DNA of 64,000 nt from Alphaproteobacteria bacterium (GCA_030604885.1 JAUVUZ010000013.1:387-64386), one strand, 5' to 3'. Positions 27,226 to 37,340 are shown, numbered from the stretch's first letter. A program made the numbers and translations. The notes: generated by a model not told the origin, from the sequence alone.

Positions 27226-29350
27226 ATGGTCGGTGACTGGTCTGAAGCCGATGCGCGGACCGTGGGATATTTCTTCTGCACCGTCGCCTATGCGCTGGCC
27301 GCCCTCGCCGTGGCCCGCAGCGGTTTCGCCCGGCCGCGCAAGCAGGCGATGGCGATCTCCTGCGGCGTCACCGCCCTGTGGTCGGGGGCGCTGGCCCTGG
27401 CGCAAGTCTCCGCGGGCGCGGGCGTGGTCGCCGCGATCGCCGAAACCGCGCGCTCGATCTCCTGGCTGATGTTCTTCTGCGTCTCGCTCGGCTCCTCGGC
27501 CGGGTTCTGGCAGCGCCTCAACCTCAAGAACCGCGCGCGCGAGCGCTTCTGGCTGCTGTGCGGCGGCCTGTGCCTCACCGGCTTCGGCGTGCTGGTGGGC
27601 ACCGGCTTCGGCCCCAGCGCGCTGATCGGCTTCTGGCAGATCGCGGTGGCGATCGCCACCCTGCTGCTGCTCGAGAACCTGCTGCGCAACGCCGACGACC
27701 GCAGCCGCGGCCGGGTGCAGACGATCTGCCTCGGCATCGGCCTGGTGGTGGTCTACGACCTGTTCTTCTACGCCAGCCTGCTCGCCAGCACCCGCATCGA
27801 CCCGCTGTTCATCGCCGCGCGCGGCTACGTGGCGGGCGCGGGCGCGGTGCTGATCCTCGCGGCGATGGTGGGCGGCCGCAAGTGGCGCGGCGACGTCACC
27901 CTGTCGCGCACCGTGGTGTTCCACTCGGCGGCGCTCACCGGCTCGGGCTTCTACCTCGTCACCACCTCGGTGGCGGGGGAATACCTGCGCCTGCACTCGG
28001 GCAGTTGGGGTCCGGCGTTCGAGATCGCCTTCCTCGTCACCGCGCTGGTGATCCTGGTGGTGCTGCTGGAATCCGCCTCGGTGCGCGCACGGGCGAGCGT
28101 GTTCATCTCCAAGCACTTCTTCCGCCTCAAATACGACTACCGCACGGTGTGGCTCGAGTTCATCGGCACCATGGCGGGGCGCGACGCGCGGGAGAACCTG
28201 CACTCGCGCACCCTGCGCGCGGTGGCGGGGGCGCTCGGCTGCCGCTCCGGCACCCTGTGGGCGCTGCAACGCCCCACCGCCGCCTACGTGCCGATGGCGA
28301 TGCTGAACGTGACCGAGGGCCGCCACCCGATCGTCGGGGTGGAGGACGAACTGCCCTGCTACATGCTGGACACCACCTGGATCGTCGACATCCGCCAGTG
28401 CCTGCGGGATCCGGCGTTCTACGGCGGCCTCGCCGTGCCCGGCTGGCTCGCCGACCTCGACCGCGCCGAGCAGGCGTGGATCGTCGTGCCGCTGATCCAC
28501 AACCACTGCCTCGAGGCGTTCATCGTCCTGTCGCCGCCCCCCGGCGGCCGCCGCGCCCTGGGGTGGGAGGACTTCGACCTGCTGAAGACGGTGGGCGCCC
28601 AGGCGGCCTCGTTCCTCGCCGAGGAACGCGCCTCGCGCGAGCTGGTGGACGCGCAGAAGTTCGCCGACATCAACCGCCGCTTCGCCTTCGTGATGCACGA
28701 CATCAAGAACGTCGTCGGGCAGATGAGCCTGCTGCGCCAGAACGCCGCCCGCTACGGCGACAACCCGGAATTCCAGAAGGACATGATCGAATCCGTGGGC
28801 CACGCGGTGGACCGGCTGCGCGGCATGCTCGCCCAGCTGTCCGCCGACCCGCGCTCCGAGGCCGCGGCCGAGGCCGCCGCCACCCAGCAGGACATCGCGC
28901 TGATGCCGGTGGTGACCCACGTGGTGGAACGCTGGCGCGGCGCCTTTCCCCAGCTCAGCATCGTCACCTCGTCCGAGGAGGTGCGCGCCATCGGCACCGA
29001 GACCGGCCTCGTCACCGTGCTCGACCACCTGATCCAGAACGCCGTCGAGGCGGTGGGGGAGAACGGCGCGATCCGCGTCGCGGTCTCCGCCACCGCCACC
29101 GAGAGCGTCGTCGAGGTGATCGACAACGGCCCGGGGATGACGCCCCAGTTCATCTGCGACCACCTGTTCCGCCCGCTCGGCACCAGCAAGCCCACCGGCT
29201 CGGGCATCGGCGCGTTCCAGGCGCTCAAGACCGTGCGCGACATGGGCGGGCGGCTGGACGTGGACAGCAATTTCGGCCAGGGTACGACGATGCGGGTGAT
29301 TCTCCGCCGAGCCGCCCCGCGCGTCCTGGCTCCCACCGAAGAGCGTGTGC

Positions 29351-29373
<23 letters not shown>
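27226..29373 (+). CDS. prsK: PEP-CTERM-system sensor histidine kinase PrsK
   Basis: ORF 27082..29373. The start is uncertain: I prefer the ATG at 27226, preceded by AGGGGG, but 27205 is also possible. It has about 8 N-terminal TM segments, a central GAF-like region and an unusual H-box (FVMHDIKNVVGQMSLL) characteristic of PrsK. It has a catalytic domain (DNGPGM...GSGIGAFQ) and is followed by prsR with overlap. Confidence 0.8.
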
Positions 29374-30736
<1,363 letters not shown>

Positions 30737-31009
30737 GGCCCGATTTCCCCGGATTTCCGCCGGTTCGGCTTGACTTTCCCTGGGGATTTGCGACCCTGGG
30801 GATATGGAAACGACTCGCTCCGTTCTGATCCGGCTCTGCCGCATTCTGGCAAGCAGCTAGCCCCGAGCCCGGCCTCGCGCCCCCGGGCTTCGGGGGTGAT
30901 CCGCCGACGCCGCCCACCGCGGTCAGGCCTCTTCTTCCGGCGCATTTCCCCAGAGAGTTTCGACCATCGCCGCGCCCCGCACGCGCGCCGAAACGCAGGA
31001 GCGTTTTCC

Positions 31010-31408
31010 ATGCCCCGATTGAACAAGCCCCCTTCCCGGCCCGCCATCGTCCTCGCCGAGCCGGATTTCGACCGCCTCGCCCGCCTCGCCGAGGCCGGGT
31101 GCGACTGGGACCTCGACGTCGCCGAGGAACTGCGCGCCGAACTGGAGCGCGGCCGCATCGTCCCCCTCGCCCGTCTCCCCGCCGACGTGGTGCGGATGGG
31201 GTCCACCGTCACCTTCGAGACCGACGCCGGGCAGACCCGCCGCGTCACCCTGGTCTACCCGGCCGACGCCGACATCGCCTCCGGGCGGATTTCGGTGCTG
31301 ACGCCGGTGGGCACGGCGCTGATCGGCCTGCGCGTCGGCCAGTCGATCGGCTGGACCGCCCGCGACGGCCGCAGCCAGCGCCTCACCGTGCTCGCCGTGG
31401 ACGCGTGA
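31010..31408 (+). CDS. rnk: Nucleoside diphosphate kinase regulator Rnk (GreA/GreB C-terminal-domain family)
   Basis: This is the 3' part of ORF 30770..31408, trimmed to the ATG at 31010 (AGGAG lies 9 nt upstream). It is 132 aa and has the Gre C-terminal fold signature (..VTLVYPADADIASGRISVLTPVGTALIGLRVGQSI.W). Confidence 0.75.
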   Translation: MPRLNKPPSRPAIVLAEPDFDRLARLAEAGCDWDLDVAEELRAELERGRIVPLARLPADVVRMGSTVTFETDAGQTRRVTLVYPADADIASGRISVLTPVGTALIGLRVGQSIGWTARDGRSQRLTVLAVDA

Positions 31409-31419
31409 GAAAACCCGAC

Positions 31420-31444
31420 GGGGCCGGAGACCACCCCCGGCCCC
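31420..31444. terminator. GC-rich hairpin between convergent rnk and polA (possible bidirectional terminator)
   Basis: The stem is ggggccgg/ccggcccc (8 bp). There is no clear U-tract on either strand. Confidence 0.35.
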
Positions 31445-31454
31445 GCGAAGCCGC

Positions 31455-34205
31455 TCAGTGGGCCGCCGCCCAGGTGCCGCCCTGGCGGGCGTCCACCACC
31501 AGCGGCACCGAGAGCGCGGCGGCCGCCTCCATCTCGGGGCGGATCAGCGCGATCAGCGCCTCGGCGTCGTCCGCCGCCACCTCGAACACCAGTTCGTCGT
31601 GCACCTGAAGCACCGGCTTGGCGCGCAGGTTCGCCGCCGCCAGCGCCGCGTCCACCCTGATCATCGCGCGCTTGATGATGTCGGCCGCGCCGCCCTGGAT
31701 CGGCGCGTTGATCGCCGCCCGCTCGGCGAAGCCGCGCTGCGCCGGGATCTTGGCGTTGATGCCGGGGGTGGCGCAGATCCGCCCGAACGGCGTGCGCACG
31801 TAGCCGTGGGCACGCGCGAACTCCTTGGTGGTCTCCATGTAGTGGCGGATTTCCGGATACTTGTCGAAGTAGGCGGCGATGTAGGTTTTCGCCTCGCCGT
31901 TGGCGATGCCGAGCTGGCGGGCGAGGCCGAACGCCGAGATCCCGTAGATGATGCCGAAGTTGATCGCCTTGGCGCGGCGGCGCAGCATCGGGTCCATGCC
32001 GTCGATCGGCACGCCGAACACCTGGCTCGCGGTGGCGGCGTGGATGTCCTCGCCCGAGGCGAACGCCGCCTTGAGCGCCGCCACCTCGCCGACGTGGGCC
32101 ATCAGCCGCAGCTCGATCTGCGAATAGTCGGCGGAGACCAGCACGTTGCCCGGCGCCGCCACGAACGCCTCGCGGATGCGGCGGCCCTCCTCGCTGCGGA
32201 TCGGGATGTTCTGAAGGTTGGGGTCCACCGACGACAGCCGTCCGGTGGTGGTGACGGTGAGGGCGAAGGTGGTATGGACCCGCCCGTCGGCGGGGGAAAT
32301 CTGCTCCACCAGGGCGTCGGCGTAGGTGGATTTCAGCTTCTGCAACTGCCGCCAGTCGAGGATCCGCGCCGGCAGGTCGTGCCCCTGCGCCGCCAGTTCC
32401 TCCAGGGTGTCCGCGTCGGTGGTCCAGGCGCCGCTCTTGCCGCTCTTGCGGCCGCCGGGCAGCGACAGGCGCTCGAACAGGATCTCCCCCAGCTGCTTGG
32501 GCGAGCCGACGTTGAACGCCTCCCCGGCGAGGCGGTGGCACTCGGCCTCCAGGGTCGCCATGCGGCCGCCGAAATCGCGGCTCATCGCCGCCAGCGCCGC
32601 GCTGTCGATGGCGACGCCCGCCGCCTCCATGGCGTGGAGAATCTTCACCAGCGGCCGGTCGAAACGCTCGTAGACGCCGACGCGCCGCTCCTCCAGCAGG
32701 CGCCGCTTCAGCGCCGCGTGCAGGCGGCCGATCGCGTCGGCGGTCTCGGCGGCGCAGATGCGCACCGCCTCGGGGGCGAGGGCGTCCCAGCCGGTGCGCG
32801 CCCTGCCCTTGCCGCACAGCTCCTCGCGCGACACCACGCGGTGGCCGAAGTGCAGCAGCGCCAATTCGTCCAGCCCGTGGCCGTGGGCGGCGCCGTCGAG
32901 GGCGTAGGACAGCACCATCACGTCGTCGGCGGAGGCCACCGTCAGCCCCTCGGCGGCGAGCGCGTGCAGCGCCGCCTTGACGTCGTGGCCGACCACCAGC
33001 ACCCCCGGCTCGGCCAGCACCGGCCGCAACAGTTCCACCGCCCTCGCCACCGCCACCTGCTCCGGCGCGTCGGCGGGCGCGACGCCGAAATCGAGGGTTC
33101 CGGCGGGCGCCGCGTCGGCCAGCAGGCCGTGGCGCAGCGGCAGGTACGCCGCCTCCCCCGGGCCGATCGCGAGGCCGAGGCCGACGAGGCGGCGGCTCTC
33201 GGTTTCCGCCGACACCACCAGCCGCGCCGCCTCCGCCGCGCGGGCGAGGAAGCGTTCGAGGGCGAGGGCGTCGGTGAGGAGCCCATAGGCCGCCGGGTCG
33301 AACCCCTCCGCCACCGGCTCCGCCGCGGGGGCGGGGGCGGCGTCGCCGCGGCGCATGCCGGGCAGGCGCGCCAGCAGGCTCTTGAAGCCGTAGGACTCGA
33401 GGAAGGCGCGCAGCTTTTCGAGGTCGAACTCCGGCACCTTGAGATCGTCGGGGCCGACCTCCACCGGCGCGTCGCAGGCGAGGGTGACGAGGCGCTTCGA
33501 CACCCGCGCCTGCTCGGCGAAGTCGATCAGGCTCTGGCGGCGCTTCGGCTGGGAAATCTCGCCCGCCCGCTCCAGCAGGGTTTCGAGGTCGCCGTAGGTT
33601 TCGATCAGCTGCGCCGCGGTCTTCACGCCGATGCCCGGCACCCCCGGCACGTTGTCGGAGGAATCCCCCGCGAGCGCCTGCACGTCGATCACCTTCTCCG
33701 GCCCGACGCCGAACTTCTCGCGCACCGCGTCGGCGTCGATGGGACGGTTCTTCATCGGGTCGAACAGCTGGATGCCGGGGCGGACCAGCTGCATCAGGTC
33801 CTTGTCCGCCGAGACCACCACCACCTCCCAGCCGTCGGCGGCGGCGCGGGTGGCGAGGGTGGCGATCAGGTCGTCGGCCTCGAACCCCTCCTTCTCCAGG
33901 CACGCCACCTGGCACGCCGCCACCGCCTCGCGGATCAGCGGGAACTGCGGCACCAGGTCCTCGGGCGGCGGCGGGCGCTGCGCCTTGTAGGCGGGGTAGA
34001 TGGCGTTGCGGAAGGTCTCGCGCTTGGAATCGAACACCACCGCCAGATGGTCGGCCTTCAAGTCCGCGATCAGCTTCAGCAGCATCGCGGTGAAGCCGTA
34101 GATGGCGTTGACCGGGGTGCCGTCGGGCCGCGTCATCGGCGGCAGGGCGTGATAGGCGCGGAAAATGTAGCCGGAGCCGTCGACGAGATGGAGAATCCGG
34201 CTCAC
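31455..34205 (-). CDS. polA: DNA polymerase I
   Basis: ORF 31455..34271, trimmed to the GTG at 34205 (GGAGG lies 7 nt upstream), giving VSRILHLVDGSGYIFRAYHA. It has a 5'-nuclease N-terminus, 3'-5' exonuclease and polymerase domains, and the motif QVHDELVFEV. Confidence 0.95.
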   Translation of the reverse strand: MSRILHLVDGSGYIFRAYHALPPMTRPDGTPVNAIYGFTAMLLKLIADLKADHLAVVFDSKRETFRNAIYPAYKAQRPPPPEDLVPQFPLIREAVAACQVACLEKEGFEADDLIATLATRAAADGWEVVVVSADKDLMQLVRPGIQLFDPMKNRPIDADAVREKFGVGPEKVIDVQALAGDSSDNVPGVPGIGVKTAAQLIETYGDLETLLERAGEISQPKRRQSLIDFAEQARVSKRLVTLACDAPVEVGPDDLKVPEFDLEKLRAFLESYGFKSLLARLPGMRRGDAAPAPAAEPVAEGFDPAAYGLLTDALALERFLARAAEAARLVVSAETESRRLVGLGLAIGPGEAAYLPLRHGLLADAAPAGTLDFGVAPADAPEQVAVARAVELLRPVLAEPGVLVVGHDVKAALHALAAEGLTVASADDVMVLSYALDGAAHGHGLDELALLHFGHRVVSREELCGKGRARTGWDALAPEAVRICAAETADAIGRLHAALKRRLLEERRVGVYERFDRPLVKILHAMEAAGVAIDSAALAAMSRDFGGRMATLEAECHRLAGEAFNVGSPKQLGEILFERLSLPGGRKSGKSGAWTTDADTLEELAAQGHDLPARILDWRQLQKLKSTYADALVEQISPADGRVHTTFALTVTTTGRLSSVDPNLQNIPIRSEEGRRIREAFVAAPGNVLVSADYSQIELRLMAHVGEVAALKAAFASGEDIHAATASQVFGVPIDGMDPMLRRRAKAINFGIIYGISAFGLARQLGIANGEAKTYIAAYFDKYPEIRHYMETTKEFARAHGYVRTPFGRICATPGINAKIPAQRGFAERAAINAPIQGGAADIIKRAMIRVDAALAAANLRAKPVLQVHDELVFEVAADDAEALIALIRPEMEAAAALSVPLVVDARQGGTWAAAH

Positions 34206-34390
34206 GCGCTCACCTCCACCACGTGCCCCTGGGCGTCCATGGCGTAGCGGCGGCTGCAATAGGGGCAGCACACCTTGCCGTCGCGGTCCAGCTCCAGGAA
34301 CACCCGCGGATGCCCGAGCGCGCCGCCCCCGCCATCGCAGGGAACCGAACGGGCATGGCCGGAAAGCGGAACGGGAGCGGGATTGGTCAT
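34202..34390 (-). CDS. zf-CHCC (NDUFS6-like) zinc-finger mini-protein
   Basis: This is the 3' part of ORF 34202..34915, trimmed to the ATG at 34390. It is 62 aa with the sequence ..VPCDGGGGALGHPRVFLELDRDGKVCCPYCSRRY... Its stop overlaps the polA GTG (GTGA at 34202-34205). Confidence 0.7.
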   Translation of the reverse strand: MTNPAPVPLSGHARSVPCDGGGGALGHPRVFLELDRDGKVCCPYCSRRYAMDAQGHVVEVSA

Positions 34391-34463
34391 GGGCGTTTCT
34401 CGATGTCGGGTGAAATCGGCGTATGGTATCAGATAGTCCGCGCCGTGCGGAAACCGAGGCCGC

Positions 34464-34495
34464 AAAAAAACGAAACCCCGCCTCGGAAGGCGGGG
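34464..34495 (-). terminator. Intrinsic terminator downstream of the PemK/MazF-like gene
   Basis: The reverse strand reads ccccgcc-uuccga-ggcgggg followed by TTTCGTTTTTTT. Confidence 0.85.
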
Positions 34496-34611
34496 TGTCG
34501 GCACCTCGGGCTTGGTATCGCTCCGGTGCCCGCCACCTTGCGGTGGACTTGAGGCGTACGGCGCAAGGCCGACGCTGACAAGGATCAATGTATCGGAAAC
34601 CGGCCGATTCG

Positions 34612-35046
34612 TCAAGGTCGGGGGCCGTAATCCGCCAGTCCCAACCCGGCCAGAACCGCCATCCGCACCCGGTGCAGCATCTCGTCGTCCAGCACGATCG
34701 AGAGATATCGGCGTCTGCCGGTGGCCTTGTCCCGCTCGGTGTGGGGCAGGTCGAGCCTGCCGCCCGGGCCGTAGGCCGCCGTGAACAGCATGTCCGCCTT
34801 CGCCCACTTGTCCGCGCCCTCGAAAGGCTTCGGCGGCGACACCGGCAGCGTGATCTTGCACTGGTAAGCGACCCGGTGCGCGGGCGGCGTGGTGCTGAGC
34901 GGCACCACCGTGCACAGCCGGTCGCGATGCGGCAGGCGCGGCGAAACCACCACCGCGAGACGCTTCTTCACCATCTCCGGCTCGCGAAAGCCGGTGCAGT
35001 AGTCGCAGATCACCAGGGTGCCGGGCTTGGGCGGATACTGAAGCAT
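34612..35046 (-). CDS. PemK/MazF-superfamily (YifN-like) protein, no adjacent antitoxin
   Basis: This is the 3' part of ORF 34612..36438, trimmed to the ATG at 35046. It is 144 aa. The product MLQYPPKPGTLVICDYCTGFREPEMVKKRLAVVVSP... has the N-terminal SH3-like beta pattern typical of the PemK/MazF fold. The family call comes from motif recall only. Confidence 0.55.
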   Translation of the reverse strand: MLQYPPKPGTLVICDYCTGFREPEMVKKRLAVVVSPRLPHRDRLCTVVPLSTTPPAHRVAYQCKITLPVSPPKPFEGADKWAKADMLFTAAYGPGGRLDLPHTERDKATGRRRYLSIVLDDEMLHRVRMAVLAGLGLADYGPRP

Positions 35047-35178
35047 CTTCGCTCTCTTGGGGATTTCCTCTCCGGGAAGATTAACTCCATTCCTCCACAG
35101 GCCCACAACCCGGAAGCACTTCCGGTCAATCTCCGCCGCACTTGACTTCCGCCGCCGGGGCGCCTTTCTGTTAGGCGC

Positions 35179-36180
35179 ATGATGAATGGGGTTTCGATGT
35201 CCTCTCCGCCCGCCTCCGCCGTCGTCATCGACGGCGTGTCCAAGACCTACCGCCCGCGCGACAGCCAAAGCCTCAAGGTGGCGCTGAAGTCGGTGTCCCT
35301 CGACGTGCCCAAGGGCGCGATGTTCGCGCTGCTGGGGCCGAACGGCGCGGGCAAGTCCACCCTCATCAACATCATGGCCGGGCTGGTGAACAAGAGCGCC
35401 GGGCGGGTGACGATCTGGGGCTACGACATCGACGTCGACCCGCGCCAGGCGCGCCGCGCCATCGGCGTGGTACCGCAGGAGCTGAACCTCGACCCGTTCT
35501 TCACCCCGCGCGAGACCCTCGACGTGCAGGCCGGGTATTACGGCATCCCCAAGGCCGAGCGCCGCACCGACGAGATTCTCGAAACCGTCGGCCTCGCCGA
35601 CAAGGCCCACGCCCACGCCCGCACCCTCTCGGGCGGCATGCGCCGCCGCCTGCTGATCGCCAAGGCGATGGTCCACAACCCGCAGATCCTGGTGCTGGAC
35701 GAACCCACCGCCGGGGTGGACGTGGAACTGCGCCAGCACCTCTGGCGCACCATCCACGAACTCAACGCCCTCGGCCGCACCATCGTGCTCACCACCCACT
35801 ACCTCGAGGAAGCGCAGGAAAACTGCTCGACGGTGGCGATTCTGCGCCAGGGCGAGGTGGTGGCCTACGAAAGCCGCGAGGGCCTGCTCTCGCGCCTCAA
35901 GGACAAGGTGGTGGTGGTGCGCTTCGCCGAGGCGTTCGCCCAGGTGCCCGAGAACCTCGCCCCCTTCATGCCCGAGATCGCCGCGCCCGACACCATGGCC
36001 TTCCGCGTCAACCGCGAGGACGGCGGAATCCCGGCGCTGCTCGACGCCCTGCCCGGCGCGGGCCTGAAGATCCGCGACATTTCCACCGTCGAGCCGGACC
36101 TCGAGGAGGTGTTCCTCCGCCTCACCCGCGACGACGCCGCGCCGACGCCGCCGGAGCGCCCGCGGGTGGTGACGATTTAA
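35179..36180 (+). CDS. ABC transporter ATP-binding protein (ABC-2/CcmA-like, with C-terminal extension)
   Basis: ORF 35179..36180 (333 aa). It has Walker A (GPNGAGKST), the signature LSGGMRRR and Walker B (LVLDEPT). No permease gene follows. Confidence 0.85.
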   Translation: MMNGVSMSSPPASAVVIDGVSKTYRPRDSQSLKVALKSVSLDVPKGAMFALLGPNGAGKSTLINIMAGLVNKSAGRVTIWGYDIDVDPRQARRAIGVVPQELNLDPFFTPRETLDVQAGYYGIPKAERRTDEILETVGLADKAHAHARTLSGGMRRRLLIAKAMVHNPQILVLDEPTAGVDVELRQHLWRTIHELNALGRTIVLTTHYLEEAQENCSTVAILRQGEVVAYESREGLLSRLKDKVVVVRFAEAFAQVPENLAPFMPEIAAPDTMAFRVNREDGGIPALLDALPGAGLKIRDISTVEPDLEEVFLRLTRDDAAPTPPERPRVVTI

Positions 36181-36224
36181 CTGTTGTTCCCGGCCGGGCG
36201 GATTGCTAAAGTCCGCCCCTCTGC

Positions 36225-36301
36225 GCGCCCGTAGCTCAGATGGATAGAGTGTCGGCCTCCGAAGCCGAAGGTCGTGGGTTCGAATCCCGCCGGGCGCACC
36301 A
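36225..36301 (+). tRNA. tRNA-Arg (anticodon CCG)
   Basis: The sequence is GCGCCCGTAGCTCAGATGGATAGAGTGTCGGCCTCCGAAGCCGAAGGTCGTGGGTTCGAATCCCGCCGGGCGCACCA. It has a 7-bp acceptor stem (GCGCCCG/CGGGCGC), an anticodon loop CU-CCG-AA, a T-loop GGTTCGAATCC and an encoded CCA. Confidence 0.95.
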
Positions 36302-36304
36302 AAA

Positions 36305-36342
36305 CTCCAGGAAGCACATCGTGCTTCCTGGAGTTTTGGTTT
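36305..36342 (+). terminator. Intrinsic terminator after tRNA-Arg
   Basis: A perfect 13-bp stem ctccaggaagcac-atc-gtgcttcctggag is followed by TTTTGGTTT. Confidence 0.85.
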
Positions 36343-36700
36343 GCCGGGTGCGGTCTTCGAACCCACCGGTTCGGTTCCGGCCGCAACGCGGCCGGAACGA
36401 CGCGGCGCCAGCCGCGGTCCGCAGGGGCGAAGCCCCAAGGATGAAATCCATGCGCTTACGCATGGATTTCACTATCCCGCCGGGCGCCGCCGCCCCCATG
36501 CTCCGCCCTGGTTTTGGTTTGCCGGGCGCGGCCTTCGAACCCACCGGTTCGGTTCCGGCCGCAACGCGGCCGGAACGACGCGGCGCCAGCCGCGGTCCGC
36601 AGGGGCGAAGCCCCAAGGATGAAATCCGTGCGCTTACGCATGGATTTCACTATCCCGCCGGGCGCCGCCGCCCCACGCTCCGCCCTGGTTTTGGTTTGCT
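36333..36700. repeat. Tandem direct repeat, about 2.1 copies of a 177-178 bp hairpin-rich unit
   Basis: Unit starts (gttttggtttgc...) are at 36333, 36511 and 36688. Copies 1 and 2 differ at about 5 positions. Each copy contains an 11-bp hairpin gttccggccgc-aac-gcggccggaac and a 12-bp hairpin gaaatcc(a/g)tgcg-ctta-cgcatggatttc. Confidence 0.9.
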
Positions 36701-36717
36701 GGCCGTGTCCTCGCGGC

Positions 36718-37149
36718 CTACGGCAAGAGATCCGTCACGGCGCGCTCGCTTCCGTCCATCGCCATCGGGAAACTGGCATGTTCGTGGACGATTTTCCAAG
36801 ACCCGGCGAGGCGCCTCAGCACGAGGGTTCGCCGACTCCAGGAGTCGATCCTTGTGCCGTCGGTCTTCGTGCCGGTCATGCGCGACAGCCCGAAGACCAC
36901 CGCGAGATCGCCGTCGACGATGACCTGCGGGTCCGCCATGCGGACGGTGACGCCGTCGCGCCACGTTGCGAACCAGGCCTTTATCCCTTCGATGTCGCGC
37001 GCCTGTTCGCCGCGATAGACGAGCGGCGGCGGCAGATCGAAAACCACGATATCCGCGTCCATGGCATCGGCGGTGGCCCGCGCGTCCCCCTCGGCAATTG
37101 CGTCTTCCTGGGCGCGGATAACCGACAAAACCTCCTTCTCGGACATCAT
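36718..37149 (-). CDS. SnoaL-like / NTF2-fold (ketosteroid-isomerase-like) protein
   Basis: ORF 36718..37320, trimmed to the ATG at 37149 (AAGGAG lies 5 nt upstream). It is 143 aa. The pattern (..W.......V.......V.GD.AVV.......G...DG......R.T.VLRR..G.WKIVHEH.S) is typical of DUF4440/SnoaL-like proteins. Confidence 0.6.
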   Translation of the reverse strand: MMSEKEVLSVIRAQEDAIAEGDARATADAMDADIVVFDLPPPLVYRGEQARDIEGIKAWFATWRDGVTVRMADPQVIVDGDLAVVFGLSRMTGTKTDGTRIDSWSRRTLVLRRLAGSWKIVHEHASFPMAMDGSERAVTDLLP

Positions 37150-37340
37150 CGTCGCTCCTTCATGTTCCGAAAGACGAAGCCGGGGCGGTCCGCCATCGAC
37201 GCGCCACCCCAGTTCAATATGGCCGGTCCGAGCCGCCGTTGCATCGGCGCGACGAGCCGCACCCCACGCTCCGCCCCCGATTTGATCCTCCCATCCCCCG
37301 CCCCATCTTCCCCAGATCACCGTTATTCGGGAGACGCGCC

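Noticed and set aside
34440-34611. Known housekeeping RNA (SRP/4.5S, 6S or a tmRNA piece) between the PemK-like gene and the zf-CHCC gene.
   Set aside because: Conserved cores are not present: the SRP GGAA/AGCA domain IV motif and the tmRNA tRNA-like end with CCA. Only generic hairpins and a terminator are seen. It is reported only as a structured 3' region.
36333-36700. CRISPR array.
   Set aside because: This is a tandem duplication of a 177-178 bp unit with no short repeat/spacer periodicity and no cas genes in the window.
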